DNA of 64,000 nt, from positions 18,591-82,590 of the forward strand of contig JALGSV010000002.1 of NCBI GenBank assembly GCA_029821755.1. The letters are read 5' to 3'. Source of the stretch: Candidatus Zipacnadum vermilionense (GTDB lineage Bacteria > Armatimonadota > Zipacnadia > Zipacnadales > Zipacnadaceae). Position numbers and translations under genes: made by a program. Position 1 is the stretch's first letter, and each line of letters begins with the position of its first letter. This document shows positions 27,253 to 37,137 of this stretch, piece by piece. Below the pieces are notes generated by a model, which saw only the letters and a program-made list of their open reading frames with translations, was not told the DNA's origin and did not search any database.

Positions 27253-28416
27253 CTAACCCCACTTCTCCTGCACATACTTCGCCATCAGCACTGCCATCTC
27301 ATCCTGCACCCTCCTCGCCGTCCCCGCCGGGCAGGAATAGTCGTTCATCAGGATGCTGAAGGCCAACCGCGGAAGCCCTCCTCCGGCCACGTACCCGGAC
27401 AGGCAGCTCACTCGGGGCAGCGTTCCGGTCTTGGCCCTGATTCGACCTTCGGCAGCGGTCCCGCGCATCCGATCGGAAAGCGTTCCGTCTTCCCCGGCCA
27501 CCGGGAAGCTGCCACTGAGCGCCTGGTACTCCTCCGTCGTTTCCGCGCAGCGCCGCAGCACCGCCACCAGCAGTCCCGCGCTCAGGCGATTATCCCGCGA
27601 GTATCCGCTCCCATCCACCAGTCGCAGGCCCTCGACCGCCTGCCCCTGCTGGGCCCAGTAGCTCAGAACAAACTGCGGGTCGGGCGCCGTCGGGCTCTGG
27701 AAGCACGCCAGCAACGATCCCAGCAGCCGCTCCGCCTCGGCGTTGCGCGAATTCTTGTTGATCTTTCGCAGGTACTCCTTCAGCGACAGCGTCGTGTGCC
27801 GGGCCAGCAGCACCGGGGCTGGCCCGCTGGAGGCGCCGCGAACCTTCCCGGCCACGTGGATGCCGGCCACCCTCAGCGACTCGTTCAGTCGCCGCGCCGC
27901 CTGCAGTCCCGCGTCGTGGTCCCCTACCAGCACCGGTGCTGTCCCCACCACGTCCCCCTCGATACTCCGCACCCCCTTGGCCTTCATCTGGCTGACGAGT
28001 TGCGCGTACACGCCCTCCCCCGCGATGGGATCGGCGTAGCCGAAGAGGTAGACATTGCCCCGCAGCGCGCCCCCGTCAGGATCGGCCTCACTCCAGACGG
28101 TAGTGGCATAGGAGAACGACGGGCCAAACAGCTCCACCGCGGTCGCGGAGACCAGCAGCTTGACGTTGGAGGCGGGAATGCGGGACTTGTCCGCGCGCAG
28201 GGAATAGATGGTATGCCCGTCGCTCAGGTCTTGCACCAGACACGAGGTGGAAGCCCCCCGCAGCGCGGCGTGGGCCATGAGCCCCCCGAGCGCATTGCGC
28301 AGGCCCCCCTCGGTCAGGGCGAGACTCGGCCCACTCAGACCGGTAGCCAGGAGAACGCAGAGGAAGGTAAGCCAGACATACGGACGGCGAGGTGTGGAGC
28401 GACGAATGCTGCTCAT
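27253..28416 (-). CDS. dacB: D-alanyl-D-alanine carboxypeptidase/endopeptidase (PBP4, peptidase S13 family)
   Basis: SNVKLL (SxxK) and KTGTL motifs; signal peptide after MSSIRR... Confidence 0.7.
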   Translation of the reverse strand: MSSIRRSTPRRPYVWLTFLCVLLATGLSGPSLALTEGGLRNALGGLMAHAALRGASTSCLVQDLSDGHTIYSLRADKSRIPASNVKLLVSATAVELFGPSFSYATTVWSEADPDGGALRGNVYLFGYADPIAGEGVYAQLVSQMKAKGVRSIEGDVVGTAPVLVGDHDAGLQAARRLNESLRVAGIHVAGKVRGASSGPAPVLLARHTTLSLKEYLRKINKNSRNAEAERLLGSLLACFQSPTAPDPQFVLSYWAQQGQAVEGLRLVDGSGYSRDNRLSAGLLVAVLRRCAETTEEYQALSGSFPVAGEDGTLSDRMRGTAAEGRIRAKTGTLPRVSCLSGYVAGGGLPRLAFSILMNDYSCPAGTARRVQDEMAVLMAKYVQEKWG

Positions 28417-28509
28417 AGTGCGACGATCCCGTAGCGGCAGGGAGCAGTGGACTGTGACGCGGACATTATACTGAGGATCACGTATTGATGGCAAGAGTCA
28501 ATCCGGAGG

Positions 28510-28578
28510 TGGAACGTGGAAAACGGCCTGATCGAGGGGTTTGTCCCGTCGTTTTCCACGTTCCATCTTCCACGTTCC
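28510..28578. promoter_or_regulatory. candidate operator: 16-nt perfect inverted repeat TGGAACGTGGAAAACG-N23-CGTTTTCCACGTTCCA plus a third half-site TTCCACGTTCCA
   Basis: Read directly from the sequence. Lies 85-150 nt upstream of the GH2 start (28662), in the divergent region shared with the PBP4 gene. Confidence 0.4.
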
Positions 28579-28661
28579 ACTGCTCCCCTTGCCTTCCTTT
28601 CCCCTCTCGGCTATCATCCCGCTTCGTATCCTCACCCGAATTATCCGCTCCCGGAGGACCC

Positions 28662-31019
28662 ATGAAAACCATCCATAAGTCCCAAGTCGTCGAGTACCAG
28701 CTTGGCGCAACTGCTCCGGAGGAGGTCGCCTTCGAGGAAGGCGGCTCCACCCTCCTCACCCCGGCTCGCTGGGTACCGGAACTCGCCAACGGCTGGCCGA
28801 TCATGCTCGACGGATGCTGGGAAGTCACTTACTGGCCCTTCCCCGTCCCGGAGGAATCGCTGCTCGCCGATGCCGGCGCCGAGGTGAAGTGGGACGACAT
28901 CGAGCAGCCTGGCAAGGTCTTCTACTATGAGCCCGACGAGTCGCCCGACCAGATTGAGGGCTGGAATCGCGTCACGCTCGAGCATCTTGACCCGGAGGAC
29001 GGCGCCATGCTCCGCCGCGAGGTCTGCATCCCCGCGGAGTGGACCGGCAAGCGCATCCTGCTCCGCTTCGAGGGGATCTTCCCCGCCGGGCGTATCTACT
29101 TCGACGGCCGGCTCGTGGCCGAGCAGTTCAGCGGCCTGACCCCGATCGAGGTCGACGTCACCGACCTTGCCGTCCCCGGCCAGGTCCACACTGTCGCCGT
29201 CCGTCTCTACCGCCGGCACAACGACGTCCAGCTCGACATGCCCCGCCACGCCTTGGAGTTCTGCGGCCTCTCCCGACACTGCTTCCTCCACGCCGTGGAG
29301 CCGGTGCACCTCACCGAAACCAACGTCCGCCCCACCCTGGCCGACGACTACGAGACCGGGCAGCTCGCGGGCGAGGCGCTCATTAAGAACGCTACCGACC
29401 GAGAAGTCCAGATCGTCATGCAGGCCACCCTCACCGAGGGGAACGGCACCGTGGTGGCCTCCGAGTTCTACAGCGCCACCCTCATGCCCGGCGCCGAGGA
29501 CCCCGTCGGCTTCGACCTTAACGCCGGCCTGGTCCAGGTCTGGAACGCCGAGACCCCCTACCTCTACGACCTGACCCTCCGCCTTACCTGCCCCGGCCAG
29601 GCCAACCAGGAGGTGACCTCACCCGTCGGCTTCCGCCGCTTCGAGATCAAGGACCAGCGCTGCCTACTCAACGGCCAGCCGGTGAAGTTCCGGGGCGTCA
29701 ACCACCTGACCTTCCATCCCGAGCTCGGCATGTGCACCCCCGAGGAGTGGCTACGCGACTGCCTCCTGCTGATGAAGAAGGCCAACGTCAACGCCATCCG
29801 CACCCACTTCTATGGCCCGCCCGAGCTGACCGCTCTGTGCGACGAGTTGGGGCTCTACTTCCTCCAGGAGCTGCCCATCGACTGGGGCCACAGCTTCCTC
29901 GCCGAGCCCGAGAAAGTCGGCCCGGTCCTGCACCGGCTGCACGCCGGGGTACGCCGCGACCGCAACCACCCCTCCATCATGGTCTGGTCCATCGGTAACG
30001 AGAACATGCCCCCGGACGAGGCGCGCTACGAGGTCTTCATGGACCACCTGCGCCTGTTCAACCAGATGGTCAAGCGCACCGACCCTACTCGCCCCACCAT
30101 GTTCCCGCCGCCCGGTCCCGCCGGCCGCATCAAGGGCATCTTCGAGGCGCGCATGAGCGAGATCGCGGACATCCACTACTCCTTCAACCTGGTCCGCGAC
30201 TTCAACGAGACCGACGTAGTATCCGGCAACCCCCGCACCTGGGAGCCGACCTTCGAGCCTGACGCCACCCGTGAGGAGCTACTTCAGGGCCCCTGGCAGG
30301 GCGTCTGGTTCTCCTCCGAGTACGGCATCATCAACCAGCAAGCCGATCTGCTCAACGCGCCGTACGTCTCCATCATCTCCGACGTCATGGAGGACCCGCT
30401 GTCGGGCAAGAACACGCAGCAGGTCTTCCTCGACCGGCTCTCGCGCGAGTGGGGCTACATGCGCGACGACCCCACCTGCTTGGGCGGCGCCTACTTCCCC
30501 TGGATGGCCAGTGGCGCCGGCGACCCTTGGGGCTGGGTCCGCTGGGGCGAGGATGCCGACTGGGGCGTAGTCCTGGGCGACCTGACCCCCAAGTCCAACT
30601 TCTGGGCCATGCGGGTCCTCTTCAGCCCGGTGCGCTTCCCCGAGCGCATCACCTGGAAGCCGGGCGAGACCGAGTTGTGCTTCACCGTCCACAACGACTA
30701 CAACTCGATCAACCTATCCCAGTGCACCTTCCGCACGCAGATGGGCGGCGGCCCCCCGTACATGGCTATGCTGCGCGAGTTCAAGGATGTGACGGTAGAG
30801 TGCCCGCCTGCGAACAGCAGGGAGGTGGTAGTCCCGATCTGGAGTGAGAACACGAAGAACACGCTAGAGAAGGGCAGCCCGGCGGTGGTGCGAGTAACCG
30901 TGATCGACCCGGAGGGCTTCCGCCCCATCATGGCCGACATCCTGATCATTCCCGAGGCCGACCAACCCGGCGAGGAGGCCGTAATCCCGATGGGCCCCGA
31001 CGCCCCGGATGCGATGTAG
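28662..31019 (+). CDS. glycoside hydrolase family 2 (beta-galactosidase/beta-mannosidase-like)
   Basis: GQPVKFRGVNHLTFHP and NHPSIMVWSIGNE (catalytic acid/base NE). GGAGG lies 7 nt upstream of ATG 28662. The ORF-track start 28485 is a read-through extension. Confidence 0.8.
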   Translation: MKTIHKSQVVEYQLGATAPEEVAFEEGGSTLLTPARWVPELANGWPIMLDGCWEVTYWPFPVPEESLLADAGAEVKWDDIEQPGKVFYYEPDESPDQIEGWNRVTLEHLDPEDGAMLRREVCIPAEWTGKRILLRFEGIFPAGRIYFDGRLVAEQFSGLTPIEVDVTDLAVPGQVHTVAVRLYRRHNDVQLDMPRHALEFCGLSRHCFLHAVEPVHLTETNVRPTLADDYETGQLAGEALIKNATDREVQIVMQATLTEGNGTVVASEFYSATLMPGAEDPVGFDLNAGLVQVWNAETPYLYDLTLRLTCPGQANQEVTSPVGFRRFEIKDQRCLLNGQPVKFRGVNHLTFHPELGMCTPEEWLRDCLLLMKKANVNAIRTHFYGPPELTALCDELGLYFLQELPIDWGHSFLAEPEKVGPVLHRLHAGVRRDRNHPSIMVWSIGNENMPPDEARYEVFMDHLRLFNQMVKRTDPTRPTMFPPPGPAGRIKGIFEARMSEIADIHYSFNLVRDFNETDVVSGNPRTWEPTFEPDATREELLQGPWQGVWFSSEYGIINQQADLLNAPYVSIISDVMEDPLSGKNTQQVFLDRLSREWGYMRDDPTCLGGAYFPWMASGAGDPWGWVRWGEDADWGVVLGDLTPKSNFWAMRVLFSPVRFPERITWKPGETELCFTVHNDYNSINLSQCTFRTQMGGGPPYMAMLREFKDVTVECPPANSREVVVPIWSENTKNTLEKGSPAVVRVTVIDPEGFRPIMADILIIPEADQPGEEAVIPMGPDAPDAM

Positions 31020-31026
31020 CTCTGCT

Positions 31027-31055
31027 CCGCGTGGGGCGGGCTTTCTAGCCCGCCC
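31027..31055. repeat. REP-like palindromic repeat type A (single unit), followed at 31064..31085 by type C palindrome GGCACCGGCGTCCCGCCGGTG
   Basis: The same unit occurs at 2857, 60941 and 63435. Confidence 0.7.
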
Positions 31056-31105
31056 TCCCAGTGGCACCGGCGTCCCGCCGGTGTTCCCCTGGCCCCAAAC
31101 AAGAG

Positions 31106-31133
31106 AGAGGGCGGCCCACCCGGGCCGCCCTCT
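31106..31133. terminator. perfect 12-bp stem hairpin AGAGGGCGGCCC-ACCC-GGGCCGCCCTCT, bidirectional terminator between convergent GH2 and GH38-like genes
   Basis: Inverted repeat read from the sequence. A U-rich tail (CTCTTGTTT) follows on the minus-strand reading. Confidence 0.6.
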
Positions 31134-31158
31134 TAGTTCCTGTCTGCAATACGTCCCC

Positions 31159-33786
31159 TTACCCAGGCTTCACCACCACCGTCGCAATCTCCCACGGCCT
31201 TAGCTTCAGCTTCACCCTCTCGCCTTCGACCTCGACCTCCCCTCCCACACCTTCCAGGTTGAAGTCCACCTTCCTGGCCTCCCCAACCGCGAACGGTAGC
31301 CTCACCTCCGCCTCGGTCGCCTCCCCTGCCGACTCGTATAGCCGCACCACGTACTCCTCCCCCGCCTGGTAGAACGCCGACAGGCGCACACTCGCCGGGC
31401 TTACCTCCAGGCCCCTCTGACTCCCCCTCTCCTGCCAAGCGCGTCCGCGCGCAGAGAGGGGGCCGGGGGGTGAGGCGGCTCCCAGCGGCTTGACCGCCTG
31501 CATCGCCGTCCTCACCTTATCCGACTCCCCGCACACCCCCGCCGTCTTCCAGTCCCCCTCATGCAGCAGCAGCCGGTGCCGGAACTCGTGCCAGCCTAAG
31601 GCCATGCGGTCCTTAGTGATCCACGCCTCCCATTCTCCGCCCGGCGCGGTCTCGTCGCGCACCGGGGTGTAGAGGATATGCCGCAACTCCCGCCGCTCGG
31701 CGTCCCAGGTCCAGTACCGGTCCCCATCCACGCTGATCAGACTGACCCCCTTCTCCCCATCGCTCACCGAGGCAAAGCTCCGCGCCCAGAACTGATTGCG
31801 CCGATAGCGCTCGATGTTCATCCACGACCACGACTCCGGCAGGTCGGGCGACCACGGCTCGGCGTTCAGGTCGCGCGGCTCCACGCCGAAGGGGATGTCC
31901 GCGTGTAGTGCCCCGCCCACCGGCAGGTCCAGACACATCGCGAAGAAACCGGTCGTCTCCACGCTGCATACGCGGCTGAGGAAGTCGACGTACCTCTTCC
32001 CCGCATCCACAATGATATCTTGTCGCACCCTATGCCCATGGAACTCCGTCTCCCATCGGTACACCCACCGCGCCGGACCGGCCAGCGCCCAGCCCCCTTT
32101 CCCCTCCGCCCCCGCCAGCTCCGCCGTGATCGGCCCCACGTGCAGCACCTGCGGCTGCCCCATCTCGTACAGCCGCACATCCCCGAGGCACGACCCCTCC
32201 GGTGCGCGCCAGTCAATCCCCGTCTCAGCGTCGCTGATTTCCTGCAGCCCTCTCCTCGAGAACCGCAGCCGCACCCCCTCCACTTCCAGCGTATCCTTCT
32301 CCGGCGCGGCCGGTGCCTGCCGGCGCGGCCGGTCGCCTACCGCGTAGGTCACCACGCCCATGGCCGGCACCCGCGCCCGGAAGATCGCCGAAGCTTCCGC
32401 CAGGCCCTCACCGAAGTTCTGCGCAACCCTCTCCCCCACTTGCGTCTCCACCTCCGCCCCCGTCTCGTCGTACAACACCGGCTCCCCCTTCTCCAGTCGC
32501 GGCTGGCTCCAGGGCACCTCGAGCCACTCCTCCCGCGCATACGGCAGCGGGTTGAACAGCACCAGCGGCCGCCGCCCTCCGTACCTGCGCCCTACTCCCG
32601 CCAGTCCCGCCACCGCCCGCTGCGTAGCCTCCTCAATCCGCCGCAGGTTCCACTTCGCCCCCGTAGTTAGCCACTCCCAGTCCCGCTCGAATACCCACTG
32701 CTGTGCATGGGAGGCCACCCGGATCGTCTCCCACCACATTTCCCGCAGCTCTTCTTCCCCTGCGGCTTCCACCCCGCACGCTGCCGCCAGCGCACAGGCC
32801 CTCTCGGCCACCACCATCGCCGTGTCCAGCCGCTGCCGCTGCCGCCACAGCCCCTTCCCGCCCAACCACCCACTGTTGTACGCCACATCCACCGGGTCAA
32901 TCACCCCCTCCACCACCGGCAGCTCCTCCTCCGCCAGCCGCGCGGCATACTCCTGCGGCGTAGCGAACACCAGCCGGCTCGGCTCCCGCTCGTCCCACTC
33001 GCGGGCGACCTCCACCAGCGGCATCAGCTCATCGCCCCAGATGGACCTTAGCGGCCGGGAGTCATCCATCCCCTGCGACACCCACCACGTCTTCGCCCCC
33101 GTCATGGACAGTGCATAGTGGAACTGATCCCGGTACATCCCCTCGGCGAAGCTCTCCCAGTCCTCCGGTGGCCAGGGCGTGAATCCCCCGATATGCGTCA
33201 TTCCCCCATACGGCCCCCGCGAGACCATGATCTCCGTGCCGTCCAGCCCCCGCCAGATGAACTCCCGCGGTACTCCCTTCTCGCTTAGCGCCGCCTCCGA
33301 CCGCCATCCCCGGTACAGCCGCGCCCCGACCAGCCCCAGCACCTGCGGGAGTTGCGAGTGTCCAATCCCCACATCCGGGCAGGACATGCAGGTCAACTCC
33401 ACCTCCGGCGCGAACGCCAGATACTGCTCCCTGCCTCGCACCATATTCCGAATAAAGGTCTCCTCTCCCGCGCTGACCGGCCGGGGGCTGGTCAGCGTGA
33501 AGGCCACCACTCCCATCTGCCCCGAGTTGAGCCGCGCCTGGAGTTGGTCTGCCAACTCCGGGCAGCGCTCCAAGAAGGGAATGATCTCATCAATCCAAGG
33601 CTCCACGCAGAAGCGGAACTCCGGGTGCTGCGCCATAAGGTCCAGCGCCTCGGAAACGGTCACCGCATACCTCTCCTCATGCCACTCCCGGTGATGGGTC
33701 CAGGCAAAGTCCGGGTGGCAGTAGGAGAGAATGCAGAAGGTCCCGTTCGCGGTCTTCTCTCGGAATCCGTCCAGTTGGTCACTCAT
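31159..33786 (-). CDS. large glycoside hydrolase, GH38-like (alpha-mannosidase-like) N-terminal region
   Basis: 875 aa, cytoplasmic, N-terminal CILSYCHPDFAWTHHREW metal-site-like pattern. Family assignment is tentative. Confidence 0.4.
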   Translation of the reverse strand: MSDQLDGFREKTANGTFCILSYCHPDFAWTHHREWHEERYAVTVSEALDLMAQHPEFRFCVEPWIDEIIPFLERCPELADQLQARLNSGQMGVVAFTLTSPRPVSAGEETFIRNMVRGREQYLAFAPEVELTCMSCPDVGIGHSQLPQVLGLVGARLYRGWRSEAALSEKGVPREFIWRGLDGTEIMVSRGPYGGMTHIGGFTPWPPEDWESFAEGMYRDQFHYALSMTGAKTWWVSQGMDDSRPLRSIWGDELMPLVEVAREWDEREPSRLVFATPQEYAARLAEEELPVVEGVIDPVDVAYNSGWLGGKGLWRQRQRLDTAMVVAERACALAAACGVEAAGEEELREMWWETIRVASHAQQWVFERDWEWLTTGAKWNLRRIEEATQRAVAGLAGVGRRYGGRRPLVLFNPLPYAREEWLEVPWSQPRLEKGEPVLYDETGAEVETQVGERVAQNFGEGLAEASAIFRARVPAMGVVTYAVGDRPRRQAPAAPEKDTLEVEGVRLRFSRRGLQEISDAETGIDWRAPEGSCLGDVRLYEMGQPQVLHVGPITAELAGAEGKGGWALAGPARWVYRWETEFHGHRVRQDIIVDAGKRYVDFLSRVCSVETTGFFAMCLDLPVGGALHADIPFGVEPRDLNAEPWSPDLPESWSWMNIERYRRNQFWARSFASVSDGEKGVSLISVDGDRYWTWDAERRELRHILYTPVRDETAPGGEWEAWITKDRMALGWHEFRHRLLLHEGDWKTAGVCGESDKVRTAMQAVKPLGAASPPGPLSARGRAWQERGSQRGLEVSPASVRLSAFYQAGEEYVVRLYESAGEATEAEVRLPFAVGEARKVDFNLEGVGGEVEVEGERVKLKLRPWEIATVVVKPG

Positions 33787-33938
33787 TAATAGGCAACTCC
33801 ACTCCGGTTCTGGATACCGAATGCCCCTCCGCGTGGGGCGGACTTCCAGCGCGCCCTCTTTACTGCACCTATCCGCTCTTAGTGGCGCCGCCCCCCACAG
33901 CGGTGTCCCGCCGTCGTCCAGCGGTCCTTCAGTTTCCC

Positions 33939-35063
33939 CTACAGCCTCTTCCGGAACGCCAGCGCCCCTATCGCGAAGGTCACCACCCCGAACCCCACCA
34001 GCATCGCCATCTGCGGCCAGAGCACCTCCACTCCCACCCCCCGCAGGAATATCCCTCGCACAATCTGCAGGAAGTAACGCAGCGGGATGAGGTAGGTCAC
34101 GTACTGGATCACCACCGGCATGTTCTCAACCGGGTACATGAACCCCGAGAGCAGTATGTTGGGCATGACGACCATGAAAGCGGTAAGCTGCGCTTCCTGC
34201 TGGGTGCGGGCCAACGCCGAGATGACCAGCCCCAGCCCCAGCGAGTGCAGCAGAAAGACCAGCGCCATGCCAAACAGCAGCGCCATGCTCCCCCGGAAGG
34301 GCACGTGGAACCACCCCCGCGCCAGCAGGAAGATGATCCCCGCGTCGAACATCGCCATCAGCGCAAAGGGCACGGTCTTACCTATCAGCAGCTCCCGCGC
34401 CCGCAGCGGCGTCACCAGTAGTTGCTCCAGCGTCCCCGTCTCCCGCTCCCGCACGATCGCTAGCGAGGCCAGGTTCACGGTCAGTACCAGCAGAATCATG
34501 GCAAAGACTCCGGGCACCATGAAGTTGACGCTCTTGAGGTCCTGGTTGTACCACACCCGCGGTTCCGACCGAATCCCCGGCATGGTCACCCCGCGCCGCC
34601 CGGCCGCCCGCGCGCTCCGCTCCGCCAGGCTCACCCCCCGCGCCCGCAGCAGCCCGGTCAGGTACGCCGCCGCCACCGTGGCGTTGTTGGAGTCGGTCCC
34701 ATCCACATACATCCCCACCTGCGCCGTCTGCCCCCGCTCGAGCGTCCGATGGAAGTCGCGGGGGACGTGCAGCCCGATCTGGACCGTCCCCCGCAGTAGC
34801 AGCCCTTCCAACGCCCGCGGGTCGCCCGCCATCGGCGTCAGGTGGAAGTACCGGCTCTGGCTGATTTCCTCGGCCAACTGCCGGCTGTCTGCCGAATTGT
34901 CCTGGTCGCAGATAGCCACCGGGACATTCCGCACGTCGTTGCTGGCGGCATATCCGAACAGCACCAACTGCATAATCGGCGCAATCAGAATCAGCCGCAG
35001 CACCGCAGGATCGCGCCGCACCTGGGTGAATTCCTTCTTGATGAGATGGGCGAGTCTGCTCAC
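33939..35063 (-). CDS. ABC-2 type transporter permease
   Basis: Large N-terminal periplasmic loop then 6 TM helices, typical of the YhhJ/ABC-2 family. GTGA overlap with the upstream permease gene. Confidence 0.8.
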   Translation of the reverse strand: MSRLAHLIKKEFTQVRRDPAVLRLILIAPIMQLVLFGYAASNDVRNVPVAICDQDNSADSRQLAEEISQSRYFHLTPMAGDPRALEGLLLRGTVQIGLHVPRDFHRTLERGQTAQVGMYVDGTDSNNATVAAAYLTGLLRARGVSLAERSARAAGRRGVTMPGIRSEPRVWYNQDLKSVNFMVPGVFAMILLVLTVNLASLAIVRERETGTLEQLLVTPLRARELLIGKTVPFALMAMFDAGIIFLLARGWFHVPFRGSMALLFGMALVFLLHSLGLGLVISALARTQQEAQLTAFMVVMPNILLSGFMYPVENMPVVIQYVTYLIPLRYFLQIVRGIFLRGVGVEVLWPQMAMLVGFGVVTFAIGALAFRKRL

Positions 35064-36187
35064 AGTCTTTTCCTAAACCTCCCCGCCGCCACCACCACAA
35101 TCACCACCGCGAACCCCGCCAGCACCAGCAACTGCGGCCACAGGATTTCCAGGCCCGCCCCCTTCAGATACAGCGACCGGATGATGACCAGAAAGTGCGT
35201 CGCCGGGATGATCTGCGCGATGGCCGCAATGATCGTCGGCATACTTCGCAGCGGGAAGACAAACCCGCTCAGCAGAATCGTCGGCAGGAAGGTCAACAAC
35301 ACAGCAAAGAGGATGGCCATTTGCTGGCTCCGGGATACCGCCGAGAAGAACAGTCCGATCCCCAGCGACGCGGCCATGTACACCATGCTCGCCGTTAGCA
35401 GCAGCGCCATGCTCCCCAGCGGCACCACCCCGAAGACCACCCAGCCCACCACGATCGACAGCACCACATTGGCGAAGGCAATAACGATGTAGGGGATCAG
35501 CTTGCCGAGCACTATCTCTCCCGCCGCCGCCGGGGAGGCGATCAGCGTCTCAAAGCTCCCCCACTCCCGCTCGCGCACGATGCACGTCGAGGTCAGCAAC
35601 CCCGCCAGCAGCGTCAGTAACACCGCAATCAACCCCGGCACGATAAAGGGCCGCGAGCGCAGGTCGGGGTTGTACAGGATCGTCGGATACACCGTAAACG
35701 GGGCCGCGACCTGCGTCCCCTGCCGGTTGGCCCACTGCGCCTGCAGCTGCCCTGAGAAGTCGTTCAGCACCCCCTCGATATACCCTAGCGCCACACTCGC
35801 CCGCGTGGTATCCGACCCATCCAGGACAAACTGTACCTCCGCCGGACGCCCCGCCCCTACGGTCCCACCCAGGTCCGGCGGCACCACCAGGACAAATACT
35901 ACCTTCCGCTCATCCAGCAACTCCTCGATCCGCCGCTGCTCCAGTACGCTCTCCCGCAAGTCGAAGTAACGATTCTGCCGGAACTCATCAATCAGGTCCC
36001 GCGACACCTGGGTCCCATCGAGATTCCATACGGCGAAGGGGATGCGGTCCAGGTCGTAGTTGATCCCATACCCGTACAGCAGCAGCATGAAGACGGGCAG
36101 GATGAGGATGACCACCAGGCTCCGGGGATCCCGACGTATATGGATCCACTCGGCCCGTGCCACGGCCATCATGCGCCGGCGGTTCAT
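35060..36187 (-). CDS. ABC-2 type transporter permease (second copy)
   Basis: Real start at MNRRRMMAVARAEW (ATGA overlap with the upstream ATPase stop). The ORF-track N-terminal 177 aa are read-through of the upstream gene in another frame. Confidence 0.8.
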   Translation of the reverse strand: MNRRRMMAVARAEWIHIRRDPRSLVVILILPVFMLLLYGYGINYDLDRIPFAVWNLDGTQVSRDLIDEFRQNRYFDLRESVLEQRRIEELLDERKVVFVLVVPPDLGGTVGAGRPAEVQFVLDGSDTTRASVALGYIEGVLNDFSGQLQAQWANRQGTQVAAPFTVYPTILYNPDLRSRPFIVPGLIAVLLTLLAGLLTSTCIVREREWGSFETLIASPAAAGEIVLGKLIPYIVIAFANVVLSIVVGWVVFGVVPLGSMALLLTASMVYMAASLGIGLFFSAVSRSQQMAILFAVLLTFLPTILLSGFVFPLRSMPTIIAAIAQIIPATHFLVIIRSLYLKGAGLEILWPQLLVLAGFAVVIVVVAAGRFRKRL

Positions 36188-37134
36188 GGGGAGGCCTCCC
36201 TGACCGCCTCTTCCCCTCCCCGGGCCAGCGCTACGAACACATCCTCCATGGTCGGCGGAATGCACTCGGCGGCTTCCACCGCCACCCCCGCCTCCCCCAG
36301 CGCCTGCCGCACCGCCTCCGCCGGGTCGACCACCTCCTCGCGCAGTTGCACGTGCAGGGCGTCCCCGAACAGCGCTGCCTCCCGCACCAGCGGCGAGGCC
36401 TGCAGCGCCTCCAGCGCCTCCCACAGCGGGGCCGCCTGCACCTCCACCATGTTCTGCACGTACCGCGTCCGCATCTCCTCCGGCGTCCCCTCGGCGATGA
36501 TCGCACCGTCGTGCATTATCACCAGCCGGGTGCAATGCTCCGCCTCGTCCATCACGTGCGTCGTAACAAAGACCGTGGTCCCCTCCCGCGCCAGGTCGTC
36601 GATGAATTCCCAGAACTGCCGCCGAGTCACCGGGTCCACCCCACTGGTCGGCTCGTCCAGGAAGGCCAGCGGCGGCTGGTGTACCAGCGCCGTCGCCAGC
36701 GCCGCTCGCTGCCGCCACCCGGTGGAGAGCGTCCGGGTCATCCGATCCAGCAACCCCTCCAGTCCCAGCCGCCCCGACAATTCCTCGACCCGCTCACGCG
36801 CTCGCGCCCGGGGAACCTCGTACATCCCCGCGTAGAACTCGATATTCTCGCGCACGGTCAGGTCCGGGTACAGGGAAAAGAACTGGGGCATGTAGCCGAT
36901 GGAGCGCCGAATAAGCTCGGTCTCGCGGTAGATGTCATGCTCTGCAATCCGCGCCTCCCCGCTGGTCGGCAGCAAGAGCCCGCATAGCATGCGGATAGTG
37001 GTGGACTTCCCGGCCCCGTTAGGCCCCAGGAAGCCAAAGACTTCCCCCTTACTGACCGAGAACGAAATCCCGTCTACGGCGGTGAAATCGCCAAAGCGCT
37101 TCACCAGGTTGGAGACTTCCACGGCGAGTGCCAC
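36184..37134 (-). CDS. ABC transporter ATP-binding protein
   Basis: Walker A GPNGAGKST, signature LSTGWRQR, Walker B LAFLDEPTSGVD. Confidence 0.9.
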   Translation of the reverse strand: MALAVEVSNLVKRFGDFTAVDGISFSVSKGEVFGFLGPNGAGKSTTIRMLCGLLLPTSGEARIAEHDIYRETELIRRSIGYMPQFFSLYPDLTVRENIEFYAGMYEVPRARARERVEELSGRLGLEGLLDRMTRTLSTGWRQRAALATALVHQPPLAFLDEPTSGVDPVTRRQFWEFIDDLAREGTTVFVTTHVMDEAEHCTRLVIMHDGAIIAEGTPEEMRTRYVQNMVEVQAAPLWEALEALQASPLVREAALFGDALHVQLREEVVDPAEAVRQALGEAGVAVEAAECIPPTMEDVFVALARGGEEAVREASP

Positions 37135-37137
37135 CGA

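Noticed and set aside
36188-36718. 177-aa N-terminal extension of the second ABC-2 permease ORF
   Set aside because: Gly/Ala/Arg-rich read-through across the upstream ATPase gene in another frame. The true start MNRRRMM forms an ATGA overlap with the ATPase stop.
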